In this document: positions 48,907 through 58,223 of the stretch, piece by piece
Layout of the letters: each line of letters begins with the position of its first letter
How positions within the stretch are numbered: the first letter of the stretch is position 1
Assembly: GCA_963751455.1 (NCBI GenBank)
Contig: CAVVUN010000009.1
Coordinates: forward strand, 32,001-96,000
Source of the DNA: Nitrospirota bacterium
Lineage (GTDB): Bacteria > Nitrospirota > UBA9217
Reading direction: 5' to 3'
Length of the DNA: 64,000 bases
The notes under the pieces: model-generated
Told to the model about the DNA's origin: nothing
Databases searched by the model: none
What the model saw: the letters and a program-made list of their open reading frames with translations, nothing else
Position numbers and translations under genes: made by a program

Positions 48907-50430
48907 TTGGCTAAAGCAGTAATGATACAAGGGACCGGATCGGGCGCAGGCAAGAGCCTGATTACTGCAGCGCTCTGCAGGATCTTCTCGGACAAGGGTA
49001 TGCGGGTCGCTCCGTTCAAGGCCCAGAACATGGCGCTCAACTCCTTCATCACGCTAGAGGGCGGAGAGATCGGCAGTGCCCAGGCTCTGCAGGCTGAAGC
49101 GGCGCGAGTTCAGCCGAGCGTTGATATGAACCCCGTTCTGCTCAAAGCGTCAGGGGATATGGGTTCGCAGGTCATCATCCACGGCAAGGCCTTTCGGCAC
49201 ATGAAGGCAACGGAATATTATGCCTTTCGCAAGGAAGCCTGGAGGGCTGTTACATCATCCTATCGCAGACTTGCAAAAAAGCATGACGTCATAGTTCTGG
49301 AAGGCGCGGGCAGTCCGGCAGAAATCAACCTTATGGACGTCGACATAGTGAACATGGCTGCGGCGAAGCTGGCAAAAGCGCCGGTATTTCTTGTCGGTGA
49401 CATTGACAAGGGAGGCGTGTTTGCTTCACTCTACGGAACGGTGAAGCTTCTCGGCAGGGACGGCTCCCGCATAAAAGGGTTCATCATCAACAAATTTCGC
49501 GGAGACCCGGCAATCCTGCAGCCGGGGCTTGATATGATTTCAGAGAAAACAGGCAAGCGAGTCATCGGCGTTCTGCCCCATGTCGCGGACCTGGGACTTC
49601 CTGAAGAGGATGGGCTGGCGCTTACACAGAAGTCAGAAGCAGGAAGTCAGAAGTCAGAAGGAGAACTGTTAAGAATAGTCGTAGTCCGGTTGAAGTACAT
49701 ATCGAACTTCACTGATTTCGACGCCTTTTCACAAGAACCTGATGTAGAGCTTTTGTATTCGAGTAATCCATCGGACATCGAGAATGCGGACTTGGTCATC
49801 ATTCCCGGTTCCAAGAACACGGTCAAGGACCTCTTGTTTCTGAAGGAGCGGGGCCTCGATGAAACCATTCGGAGAACGTACGCTAAAAGCATCGAGATCA
49901 TGGGAATGTGCGGCGGATACCAGATGCTCGGGAAACGGATACTCGATCCTCACGGCGTCGAGAGCGAACATAGAGAAGTTGACGGCCTGGGGCTTCTCGA
50001 TATTGAAACGTTGTTCGATAAGGAAAAAACCACGTGCCAGGCGCATGCTGAAGTAGTTCAGAGTTCTGGGTTCAGAGTTGGGAGTGTAAAGGACGAGTCG
50101 GTACAATTAAAAGGTTATGAGATCCATATGGGGAGCAGCACAGGTAATATCGGCTTGTTCCGGCTCCGAAGGCTCGGCGATAATCACCCTGCTGATGTTC
50201 TTGATGGTTCCCGGAATAGGAACTGCTGGGGCACGTATCTGCACGGCATCTTTGATAATAATGAATTCAGACGATGTATTCTGAACGGAATCAGAGAGCA
50301 GAAGGGTCTAAAGGCACTGACCACGGGTGTTGATTACCGGGCCATGAAAGAAAAAGCCATCGACAACCTCGCCGACCTGGTCCGTAAGCATCTTGATATC
50401 GATTACATCATGAGGAGCATGGAGCGATGA
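48907..50430 (+). CDS. cobQ: Cobyric acid synthase (CbiP/CobQ)
   Basis: QGTGSGAGKS, PFKAQNMALNS, EGAGSPAEIN, ISNFTDFD, CGGYQMLG, GTYLHG. Confidence 0.97.
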   Translation: MAKAVMIQGTGSGAGKSLITAALCRIFSDKGMRVAPFKAQNMALNSFITLEGGEIGSAQALQAEAARVQPSVDMNPVLLKASGDMGSQVIIHGKAFRHMKATEYYAFRKEAWRAVTSSYRRLAKKHDVIVLEGAGSPAEINLMDVDIVNMAAAKLAKAPVFLVGDIDKGGVFASLYGTVKLLGRDGSRIKGFIINKFRGDPAILQPGLDMISEKTGKRVIGVLPHVADLGLPEEDGLALTQKSEAGSQKSEGELLRIVVVRLKYISNFTDFDAFSQEPDVELLYSSNPSDIENADLVIIPGSKNTVKDLLFLKERGLDETIRRTYAKSIEIMGMCGGYQMLGKRILDPHGVESEHREVDGLGLLDIETLFDKEKTTCQAHAEVVQSSGFRVGSVKDESVQLKGYEIHMGSSTGNIGLFRLRRLGDNHPADVLDGSRNRNCWGTYLHGIFDNNEFRRCILNGIREQKGLKALTTGVDYRAMKEKAIDNLADLVRKHLDIDYIMRSMER

Positions 50431-51425
50431 TCGGACCGTTCGAGATCATGTATGCTTTTTTTCTGGATCTCGCGATCGGCGATCCGCTCTGGCTGCCGCA
50501 TCCCGTGAGGCTTATCGGCAAGTCCATAAACGGGCTGGAACGCCTTCTGAGAAAAGTCTTTACAGCTGCGACAGGTGAACGATTGGGAGGCATTCTCCTG
50601 GTCCTGTTCCTGGTACTGCCTGTATATTTCATCACGGATCGTATCGTAACCCTGCTCTACCAGGCTTCGGGCCGCCTTTCCACGATACTCGGGACAGTGA
50701 TCGTGGTCTATCTTACGGCAACAACCATCGCGACTCGGGAACTCATACGTTCCGCGCAGCTCGTGATTGCATCAATCAGGAATGGGGATCTTGTTTCTGC
50801 AAGACAGCAGGTAAGCATGATCGTGGGCCGGGATACTCAGGAGCTTTCGGACAAGGGTGTACTCAAGGCAACGATAGAAACACTCGCGGAAAATCTTTCT
50901 GACGGCGTTATTGCTCCGCTTTTCTATCTTGCAGTCGGCGGGCTTCCGCTTGCCATGACCTATAAAGCCGTCAACACGCTCGACTCCATGGTCGGCTATA
51001 AAAACGAGAAGTATCGCTATTTCGGATGGGCAGCCGCGAGGCTCGACGATCTTGCGAATTATCTGCCTGCTCGGATAACCGGGCTTATTATTGTTCTGTC
51101 GCTCTTCACAGTCCTCCTTGTCCGTAACGCACGGAAGTCAGTGTCCGCGGTACGTCGGTGCCTGTTCATTATGCTTCGTGACGGCAGGAAACATCCGAGC
51201 CCGAATAGCGGCATTCCTGAGGCGGCCATGGCAGGGGCGCTCGGTATCAGGCTCGGGGGACCGTCTACATATGGAGGCGTACTGAGCGACAAGCCTCATA
51301 TCGGAGAAGAAGAAACTGATGATTATTTATCGGCATCGTACTATGCAATGACACTGGTAAAGGTCTCTTCCGGAATGGCCGCTATGCTTGCAGTATCGGC
51401 GTCGGCTGCAAGGGGACTGCTATGA
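50427..51425 (+). CDS. cbiB: Adenosylcobinamide-phosphate synthase
   Basis: GDP..LPHPV, IVGRDT, AENLSDG, VNTLDSMVGY, SPNSG.PEAAMAGAL. Confidence 0.96.
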   Translation: MIGPFEIMYAFFLDLAIGDPLWLPHPVRLIGKSINGLERLLRKVFTAATGERLGGILLVLFLVLPVYFITDRIVTLLYQASGRLSTILGTVIVVYLTATTIATRELIRSAQLVIASIRNGDLVSARQQVSMIVGRDTQELSDKGVLKATIETLAENLSDGVIAPLFYLAVGGLPLAMTYKAVNTLDSMVGYKNEKYRYFGWAAARLDDLANYLPARITGLIIVLSLFTVLLVRNARKSVSAVRRCLFIMLRDGRKHPSPNSGIPEAAMAGALGIRLGGPSTYGGVLSDKPHIGEEETDDYLSASYYAMTLVKVSSGMAAMLAVSASAARGLL

Positions 51426-52480
51426 TGGAACACGGCGGGGATATCTACCTGGCTTCGCGTGAAACCGGCATCCCGGTGAGCGGGATCATAGACTTCAGCG
51501 CCTCGATCAATCCGCTCGGCATACCCGAGACCGTTGCTGAAGCATTGCGGGAAAACATACAATATCTTCCCCATTATCCGGAGCCTTTTGCGGATCACGT
51601 TACGATGCATCTCGGGACAAACCTCGATATAGATCCCGGGACGATCCTGTGCGGCAACGGCAGCACTGAGCTGATTTACCTTGTTGCCAGGGCACTGGCG
51701 CCGCGGAGGGTGTTGATTCCGGCGCCGACTTTTTCCGAATATGAAAGAGCGTGCCGCATGCGGCCTGAAACATCCTGTCAGCGATATTCATTGTCACGAT
51801 CCAATAACTTTGATATCGACGTCGATTCATTTATTAACGCCATGACCGGCTGTAATATGGCCTTCCTTTGCAATCCGAACAATCCGACAGGACGAATTCT
51901 CAAAAGGGATGCCGTTCTTGCGATAGCAGAGGCGGCACAGCGAATGTCCTGCTATCTTGTCGTGGACGAGGCCTTTATCGATTTCACGCCTGGACACTCG
52001 GTCGTAGACCGGGTCCCAGGCAATCCTTATCTCATTGTCCTGAGATCGCTTACGAAATTCTACGCCCTTTCCGGGCTCCGTATCGGTTATGGCGTTTTTC
52101 CGAAAGCTTTGGCAGCGTCGATAAAACACTGTAAAGAGCCCTGGACCGTAAACAGTCTTGCACAGATCGCGGGGATTACGGCAATCAATGACACAGCATA
52201 CCAGGGAAGAACCGTATCCGCGATTCAAGACGGAAAAAAATTTATGGAACAAGGGTTCAAGGACCTCGGGATCGATTACGTTCCATCCATGGCGAATTAT
52301 TACCTGTTCAGGCTTGAGAACGCGCAGGACATGATCGGCTTTCTCCGGAAGAAGGGCATTCTGGTCCGTGATTGCACGAGTTTTTCGGGTCTCGACCCAA
52401 CGTATATCCGTGTTGCGGTCCGGACACGTGAAGAAAACGGGGCATTGCTGAAGGAGCTTGTGAGATCATGCGCGGTATAG
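51422..52480 (+). CDS. cobD: L-threonine-O-3-phosphate decarboxylase
   Basis: HGGD, DFSASINPLG, CNPNNPTG, DEAFIDF, RSLTKFYALSGLRIGY. Confidence 0.94.
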   Translation: MMEHGGDIYLASRETGIPVSGIIDFSASINPLGIPETVAEALRENIQYLPHYPEPFADHVTMHLGTNLDIDPGTILCGNGSTELIYLVARALAPRRVLIPAPTFSEYERACRMRPETSCQRYSLSRSNNFDIDVDSFINAMTGCNMAFLCNPNNPTGRILKRDAVLAIAEAAQRMSCYLVVDEAFIDFTPGHSVVDRVPGNPYLIVLRSLTKFYALSGLRIGYGVFPKALAASIKHCKEPWTVNSLAQIAGITAINDTAYQGRTVSAIQDGKKFMEQGFKDLGIDYVPSMANYYLFRLENAQDMIGFLRKKGILVRDCTSFSGLDPTYIRVAVRTREENGALLKELVRSCAV

Positions 52481-53922
52481 TCATAACAGGCACGCACAGC
52501 GGATGCGGAAAGACCACGGTGACCCTCGGTATTCTTGCCGCCCTTAAAAAGAAGGGTTTTACAGTACAACCCTTTAAGACCGGTCCTGATTTTATCGACG
52601 CGGGTCTCCATCGGCTTGTTGTTGACAGGCCTTCCCGAAACCTGGATCAGTGGATGTGCGGCAGCGACTATGTTATCGATTGCTTCAATAAGCATTCGGC
52701 AAATGCCGACATCGCTGTGATCGAAGGCGTGATGGGAATGTATGACGGAGAATTCAGCACTGCTCATCTCGCGGGCCTGCTCGGCGTTCCCGTAGTTCTT
52801 GTCGTGGATGCGTACGGTATGGCTGAAAGCGCGGGAGCGGTGGTTAAAGGATTTTCCGAGTTTCGAGTTCAGAATTCAAAGTTTGCAGTAAAGCAACCGC
52901 GTTTAGCTGGGATTATATTCAACCGCGTTGCTTCCGAGAACCATTACAAAAGGCTTAAAGACAGTGTGCAGGACATACCTGTTCTCGGCTATGTCCCGAG
53001 AGAACTGAACTTCGAGATTCCTCATCGTCATCTTGGCTTGACCGTGGCGGAGGAGAATCCGCTGAGGCCCGAAAATGTCGAAGGGCTTGCGGATACGGTA
53101 TTAAAACATATTGATATTGATGAGATCGTAAGGAGTGCGGCACTTACAAAAGAGCAAAGCTATCACCGCGAAGGCGCGAAGGTCGCAAAGGAAACCAGAA
53201 CGTTTAAAGTTGCGGTCGCCTATGACAAGGCCTTCTCCTTCTATTATGAAGACAACCTTGACCTGCTTCGGGAAGCTGGCGCTGAAATTATCCGGTTCAG
53301 CCCGATTGAAGACAATGCGGTACCTGATACTGCTGATGCTCTATATATAGGCGGAGGTTATCCTGAATTACATGCGGACGCGCTGTCCCGCAATTCCTCT
53401 ATGCTTGGATCCCTACGGGCATGGAGTGATGCCGGAAAACCGGTCTATGCCGAGTGCGGCGGATTGATGTACCTTTCACAGGGCATCCGTGATTTTGATA
53501 ATGCCTTTTTCGCGATGGCCGGTGTGCTTCCATTCAAAACACGGATGATAAAAAAGCCGATGCTGGCTTACCGGAAAATCGTTCTGAATGAGAACTGCAT
53601 CCTCGGGGTTCAGGGTGACAGGTGCCGGGGGCATGAGTTCCATTATTCGGAGATGATAGAACAAAGTAGTCAGGAGGACTTCGGCGAGACTTCGGCGAGC
53701 TCAGTCGAGTCGTTCAGTCGAGCCGCAGGAGTCAGGAGCAAGGAGCCGGACAACACAGTACAAAGAATATATGCTGTAAAAAATAAAGCAGGAGAACAGT
53801 TCTTGACGGAAGGATTTCGGATCAAAAACACTCTCGCGAGCTACATCCATGTTCACTTCGGCAGCAATCTGCATATCGCGGAACGGTTCGCAGGTTTTGT
53901 AAAAGGAGATCTAAAGGCATGA
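52468..53922 (+). CDS. cbiA: Cobyrinate a,c-diamide synthase
   Basis: GTHSGCGKTT, FKTGPDFID, EGVMG, RHLGL, GGGYPEL, AECGGLMY, GHEFHYS. Confidence 0.96.
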   Translation: MRGIVITGTHSGCGKTTVTLGILAALKKKGFTVQPFKTGPDFIDAGLHRLVVDRPSRNLDQWMCGSDYVIDCFNKHSANADIAVIEGVMGMYDGEFSTAHLAGLLGVPVVLVVDAYGMAESAGAVVKGFSEFRVQNSKFAVKQPRLAGIIFNRVASENHYKRLKDSVQDIPVLGYVPRELNFEIPHRHLGLTVAEENPLRPENVEGLADTVLKHIDIDEIVRSAALTKEQSYHREGAKVAKETRTFKVAVAYDKAFSFYYEDNLDLLREAGAEIIRFSPIEDNAVPDTADALYIGGGYPELHADALSRNSSMLGSLRAWSDAGKPVYAECGGLMYLSQGIRDFDNAFFAMAGVLPFKTRMIKKPMLAYRKIVLNENCILGVQGDRCRGHEFHYSEMIEQSSQEDFGETSASSVESFSRAAGVRSKEPDNTVQRIYAVKNKAGEQFLTEGFRIKNTLASYIHVHFGSNLHIAERFAGFVKGDLKA

Positions 53923-54965
53923 AGGAAAGCATTCTGCTGCTCGGACATGGAAGCCCTAAAAAAGACGCAAACAATCTCGAGCAGCTCGCGAAGATGCTGC
54001 ACGGTATGCTGCATGCCGGATGCGCGGAAGACTGCGTCAAGGTGGCGTACCTGCAGTTTGCGGAGCCCGGTATCCCGGATACGATCAAAGAGTGTGTGCA
54101 GCAGGGCGCGAAGAAGATCATCCTTCACCCGTTCTTTCTCACCGCTGGGATGCACGTGACAAAAGACATCCCGGAGATGATCCGAGATGCGCAGAAGTTG
54201 TATACTGGTGTGGAATTCGTGTATACCGAGCCGCTCGGCATTCACGAAAAGCTGGCTCATATCGTGCTGGAACGCATCAGTGCCGCGGAACAGCTTGCGC
54301 CTGAGGACATCGAAAAGAGGAGTTTCGATATTCTTTCAGCAGAAGCCGGCCTGGGCAGTGTTCCCCCGGATCGTTTGCCGATCGTACAGCGCGTTATTCA
54401 TGCAACCGCTGATTTTGACTTTAAGAACACACTTACGTTCCACCCGGATGCCGTAATAAAGGGGATCGAGGCGATTAGAGCCGGGAAGGATATCCTGACC
54501 GATGTCGAAATGGTGCGGACGGGCATCAATAAAAAGTGGCTTTCAAGGTGGGGCGGAAAAGTTGTCTGCGGGATTCAGGATGCGCGATCCACCCTGCACT
54601 CGCGCGAGCACTCGTCAACGCTGGGCCCAGGCACGATGCAGGATCACGACAAGAGAACGAGATCGGAGATCGGGATCGAGACCGCATTGCGGGAGAACGG
54701 CAACATCGGGATCATAGCCATCGGAAACGCGCCTACAGCGCTTATCAGAACGATTGGCCTTCTCGAAGACTCCGAACTCCCGATTCGGAACTCCGAACTG
54801 CTGATAATCGGTGTTCCCGTGGGCTTTGTTAAAGCTGTTGAATCAAAGGCCCTCCTTGCGGCCCAGCGGTTTCCTTTCATCACGGCTTTGGGCAGAAAAG
54901 GCGGCACGCCGGTAGCAGTAGCAATCGTTAACGCGTTATTGAAAATGGCAGGAGAGGGTAAGTGA
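53919..54965 (+). CDS. cbiX-cbiC: CbiX cobaltochelatase fused to CbiC methylmutase
   Basis: LLGHGS and AGMHV..DIP (CbiX); IEKRSF, RVIHATAD, IGNAPTAL, GVPVGFV, GRKGGT (CbiC). Confidence 0.93.
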   Translation: MKESILLLGHGSPKKDANNLEQLAKMLHGMLHAGCAEDCVKVAYLQFAEPGIPDTIKECVQQGAKKIILHPFFLTAGMHVTKDIPEMIRDAQKLYTGVEFVYTEPLGIHEKLAHIVLERISAAEQLAPEDIEKRSFDILSAEAGLGSVPPDRLPIVQRVIHATADFDFKNTLTFHPDAVIKGIEAIRAGKDILTDVEMVRTGINKKWLSRWGGKVVCGIQDARSTLHSREHSSTLGPGTMQDHDKRTRSEIGIETALRENGNIGIIAIGNAPTALIRTIGLLEDSELPIRNSELLIIGVPVGFVKAVESKALLAAQRFPFITALGRKGGTPVAVAIVNALLKMAGEGK

Positions 54966-55798
54966 GGATTCAAAGTTCAAAGTTCAAGGTTCAAATTAAC
55001 GTAGTGTTTTCTCTCACGCTTACTGCATTCTGCCTGTTGCTTGCATCAACAGATGCGCACGCGATGCACATCTCCGAGGGAATCCTGCCTTTTAACTGGG
55101 CGGTGTTATGGTTTGCCGTGTCAGTGCCGTTTGTAGGATACGGACTATACCGTTTGAGGAAGATGTCGGAAATCGATCTCTCTTTCAAGCCGCTCGTGGG
55201 ACTGATGACAGCGGTGATATTTATCATTTCCTGCATGCCCGTACCGGTACCGACTGCGGGCACCTGCTCTCATCCCTGCGGAACGGGGATATCGGGAATA
55301 TTGCTCGGCCCTGCGATCAGCGTACTGATCACCGCAGCTGCTCTCCTGATACAGGCGCTTTTCCTTGCCCATGGCGGATTAAGCACCTGGGGTGCTGACG
55401 TTGTTTCCATGGGTGTTGTAGGTTCTTTCGCGGGATATGGTACCTTTAAGCTATTACGCTCAATGAAGGTAAAGATAGCGGCTGCAGGCTTCGCAGCTGG
55501 TTTGATAGCTGACTGGGCCACTTACCTTGCCACATCCGTAGAGCTTGCATCAGGCATAAGGGGCGACTCGGCCTTTCTGCCGCTGTTCACGAAAATTGTT
55601 ATTGCCTTCATTCCTACTCAGCTCCCGTTGGGGTTCCTGGAAGGAGCCATGACCGCAGGAATGATATCCCTGCTTTCCAGGAAGAGACCGGATCTTCTGG
55701 TAAAGATGGGAGTGGTGAAAAGTCAGGAGTTAGGAGTCAGGAATCAGGGGGGGTATTGTGAAAAGTCAGGAGTCAGGAGTCAGAAGTCAGGAGTATAG
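54962..55798 (+). CDS. cbiM: Cobalt ECF transporter substrate component
   Basis: Signal peptide ending AHA then MHISEGILP; SHPCG, AHGGLST. Confidence 0.95.
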   Translation: MRIQSSKFKVQINVVFSLTLTAFCLLLASTDAHAMHISEGILPFNWAVLWFAVSVPFVGYGLYRLRKMSEIDLSFKPLVGLMTAVIFIISCMPVPVPTAGTCSHPCGTGISGILLGPAISVLITAAALLIQALFLAHGGLSTWGADVVSMGVVGSFAGYGTFKLLRSMKVKIAAAGFAAGLIADWATYLATSVELASGIRGDSAFLPLFTKIVIAFIPTQLPLGFLEGAMTAGMISLLSRKRPDLLVKMGVVKSQELGVRNQGGYCEKSGVRSQKSGV

Positions 55799-56084
55799 GG
55801 GAATAATTTTAATATTATTATTTCTCCTTTCTTTTCACTTTTCACTCTTCACTGTTGCTTCTGCTGCTGAGAAATGGACTGGCGTGGATGAAACGGTCAT
55901 TGAAAAAATTGCCAAGGAGCATGGCAGGCAGGCGCGGGAGCCGTTTGTCAACACCGACAAGGGGGACCTTCTTCTCTTCGTCTTTCTCCTTGCGGGCGCA
56001 ATCGGCGGTTTTGCAGCAGGGTATTCGTGGCGAAAGCTCATAGAGCCGAAGCAGAAAGATAATAAAAATGGAAATACTGTCTGA
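55758..56084 (+). CDS. CbiN-like cobalt transport subunit
   Basis: W.GVDETVIEK.A..GR..EP..NTD.GDLLLF.FLLAG; lies between cbiM and cbiQ. Confidence 0.78.
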   Translation: MKSQESGVRSQEYRGIILILLFLLSFHFSLFTVASAAEKWTGVDETVIEKIAKEHGRQAREPFVNTDKGDLLLFVFLLAGAIGGFAAGYSWRKLIEPKQKDNKNGNTV

Positions 56085-56820
56085 ATATCATAAAAAAGAT
56101 CATGTGATGACAAGGATCGATGCGCGGGTAAAATTGATCAGTGCCCTGGTCCTTTTGGCAATGGTCCTGAGTTACCGTGGATTCGTATTCCCGCTGGCAA
56201 ACACGGTCCTCTGCCTGTCTTTGTGCATAACGATGCGGGTTCCCTTGCGTGTTTTTATTGTGAGATTTTCAGAACCCCTGTTCCTTGCAGCAGTCATCCT
56301 CCTTCTGAAATTCTTTTTCTCGGGAAGGGATGTCATGTTTTCGATTCATGTTCTCGGCATGGACGTAATTGGACACAGGGATGGGCTACTGGAGGGCCTG
56401 ATGGTAGGAAACAGGATCATAGCCGCTGTCTCTATCGTAGCGCTCATGGGATTTTCCACGCCGTTTACCGAATTCATGGCCGGCCTTTCCTGGCTCAGGG
56501 TCCCCAAGGGCTTTGTCGATATATTGATGTTCGCATACCGGTATATCTTTGTCCTTCTCGATGACGCTGAGGTGATTTACAGCGCTCAGAAGAACAGACT
56601 GGGTTATTCTACGATAAAGAGGGGCTTAAACTCATTCGGCGTTCTTGCCGGTTCGTTGACTCTTAAAGCTTTCGATCACAGCCATAATACGACCGTGGCT
56701 ATGGTCCAGAGAGGGTATGATGGCAATATGCCGTTGTTGAAACATAAAACCTTTAAGTTGTCCGAGGTCGCAGCCTCGGTTGTTTTCATGACCGGAATGG
56801 GATTTTTATGGAAAATGTAA
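56068..56820 (+). CDS. cbiQ: Cobalt ECF transporter T component
   Basis: DARVK, YRYIFVL, AQKNRLG, AMVQRGY. Confidence 0.93.
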   Translation: MEILSEYHKKDHVMTRIDARVKLISALVLLAMVLSYRGFVFPLANTVLCLSLCITMRVPLRVFIVRFSEPLFLAAVILLLKFFFSGRDVMFSIHVLGMDVIGHRDGLLEGLMVGNRIIAAVSIVALMGFSTPFTEFMAGLSWLRVPKGFVDILMFAYRYIFVLLDDAEVIYSAQKNRLGYSTIKRGLNSFGVLAGSLTLKAFDHSHNTTVAMVQRGYDGNMPLLKHKTFKLSEVAASVVFMTGMGFLWKM

Positions 56821-57668
56821 GGAGAACGCAAACGGAGCAGGTCCGCCTTTCTGTTGACATACGATCCTTTATATATCCCGATGGGACGCAGGCGCTGGCC
56901 GACATAACCCTTGAAATCAAAAAGGGCGATTTCGTCGGTCTTCTGGGGTCCAACGGTTCGGGAAAGACAACGCTTCTGAAAGCCATGGACGGGCTGATGA
57001 AGGAGTACCAGGGCAGTGTTCATCTCGATAATGCGGACATCAGGAAACTATCTCCGAAGGAGATTTATAGAAAAGTCGGCCTCGTGTTCCAGAATCCGGA
57101 TGACCAGCTGTTTGCGCCGACCGTGTTTGAGGATGTCGCATTCGGGCCTCTCAATATGGGATTTGCCGGAGAGGAGCTTGCCCGCCGTGTAAACACGGCG
57201 CTCAATGATGTTGAAATGGAAGGGGCTGCGAGGAAGTCTATTCACCATCTGAGTTTCGGTCAGAAGAAAAGAATCTGCATTGCAGGGCTCCTGGCCATGG
57301 GACACGAGATCCTGCTGCTGGATGAGCCGACCGCGGGATTGGACCCGATGGGTGAATATAAAATGATGGGCCTCCTGACGCGGCTTAACAGGGAACGTGG
57401 CGTAACAATCGTCATGGCAACCCACAGCGTTGATCTTGTTCCTCTCTTCCTTGACAGGCTGTATATTCTGAGTAAAGGCCGCATTGCCCGGGGAGGTGCG
57501 CCCGAAGAGGTCTTTACGGCGCCGGAAGAGATGTCCCAGGTAAAGCTTCGTCTTCCCCAGATTGCAGAATTGATTTACCGGCTCAAGCACGATGATGGAA
57601 TGCCGTTCGAGAAAATTCCGCTTACCATCGGAGAGGCGCGGAGAGAGATCCTGAAAATTGCAAAATGA
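56808..57668 (+). CDS. cbiO: Cobalt ECF transporter ATPase
   Basis: GSNGSGKTT, FQNPDDQLF, LSFGQKKR, LDEPTAGLD. Confidence 0.95.
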   Translation: MENVRRTQTEQVRLSVDIRSFIYPDGTQALADITLEIKKGDFVGLLGSNGSGKTTLLKAMDGLMKEYQGSVHLDNADIRKLSPKEIYRKVGLVFQNPDDQLFAPTVFEDVAFGPLNMGFAGEELARRVNTALNDVEMEGAARKSIHHLSFGQKKRICIAGLLAMGHEILLLDEPTAGLDPMGEYKMMGLLTRLNRERGVTIVMATHSVDLVPLFLDRLYILSKGRIARGGAPEEVFTAPEEMSQVKLRLPQIAELIYRLKHDDGMPFEKIPLTIGEARREILKIAK

Positions 57669-57704
57669 TATGCAAGTTTATAATTAACCTTCGAGCGAAA
57701 CGAC

Positions 57705-58223
57705 ATGCGTAAAGGATATGTTCAGGTTTATACGGGCAATGGAAAAGGCAAGACTACGGCTGCACTGGGGTTGGCCCTGCGCGCTGCAGGAGCGGGCCTC
57801 AGAACGTATATCGCCCAATTCATAAAAAAAAGAAAATGCAGCGAACATGTCGTGCTCGAAGAGCTTCAAGACAGGATCGTGATAAAACAATACGGCAACG
57901 GCTTTCTTCTGAAGAAAAAACCGGCTTTGGCAGATATCAAAGCTGCGCAGGCAGGATACGCAGAAGTAAAAGAAATTATTCAGTCCAGGGAATACGATAT
58001 AGTGGTTCTGGATGAAGCGAATGTCGCTGTCCATTACGGGTTGATCCCGGTACAGGACCTGCTCGAGCTTATTCAACAGAAACCGAAAAGCGTCGAGCTC
58101 GTGATAACCGGCAGGTATGCGGATGAGAAAGTGATTCAGGCGGCGGACCTCGTCACCGAGATGCGCGAGATCAAGCATTACCGGGAAAAGGGAGTAGAGG
58201 CGCGGCGTGGCATTGAAAAATAA
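57705..58223 (+). CDS. cobO: Cob(I)yrinic acid a,c-diamide adenosyltransferase (CobO/BtuR)
   Basis: YTGNGKGKTTAA, QFIK, LDE, ITGR, DLVTEM..IKH. Confidence 0.96.
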   Translation: MRKGYVQVYTGNGKGKTTAALGLALRAAGAGLRTYIAQFIKKRKCSEHVVLEELQDRIVIKQYGNGFLLKKKPALADIKAAQAGYAEVKEIIQSREYDIVVLDEANVAVHYGLIPVQDLLELIQQKPKSVELVITGRYADEKVIQAADLVTEMREIKHYREKGVEARRGIEK

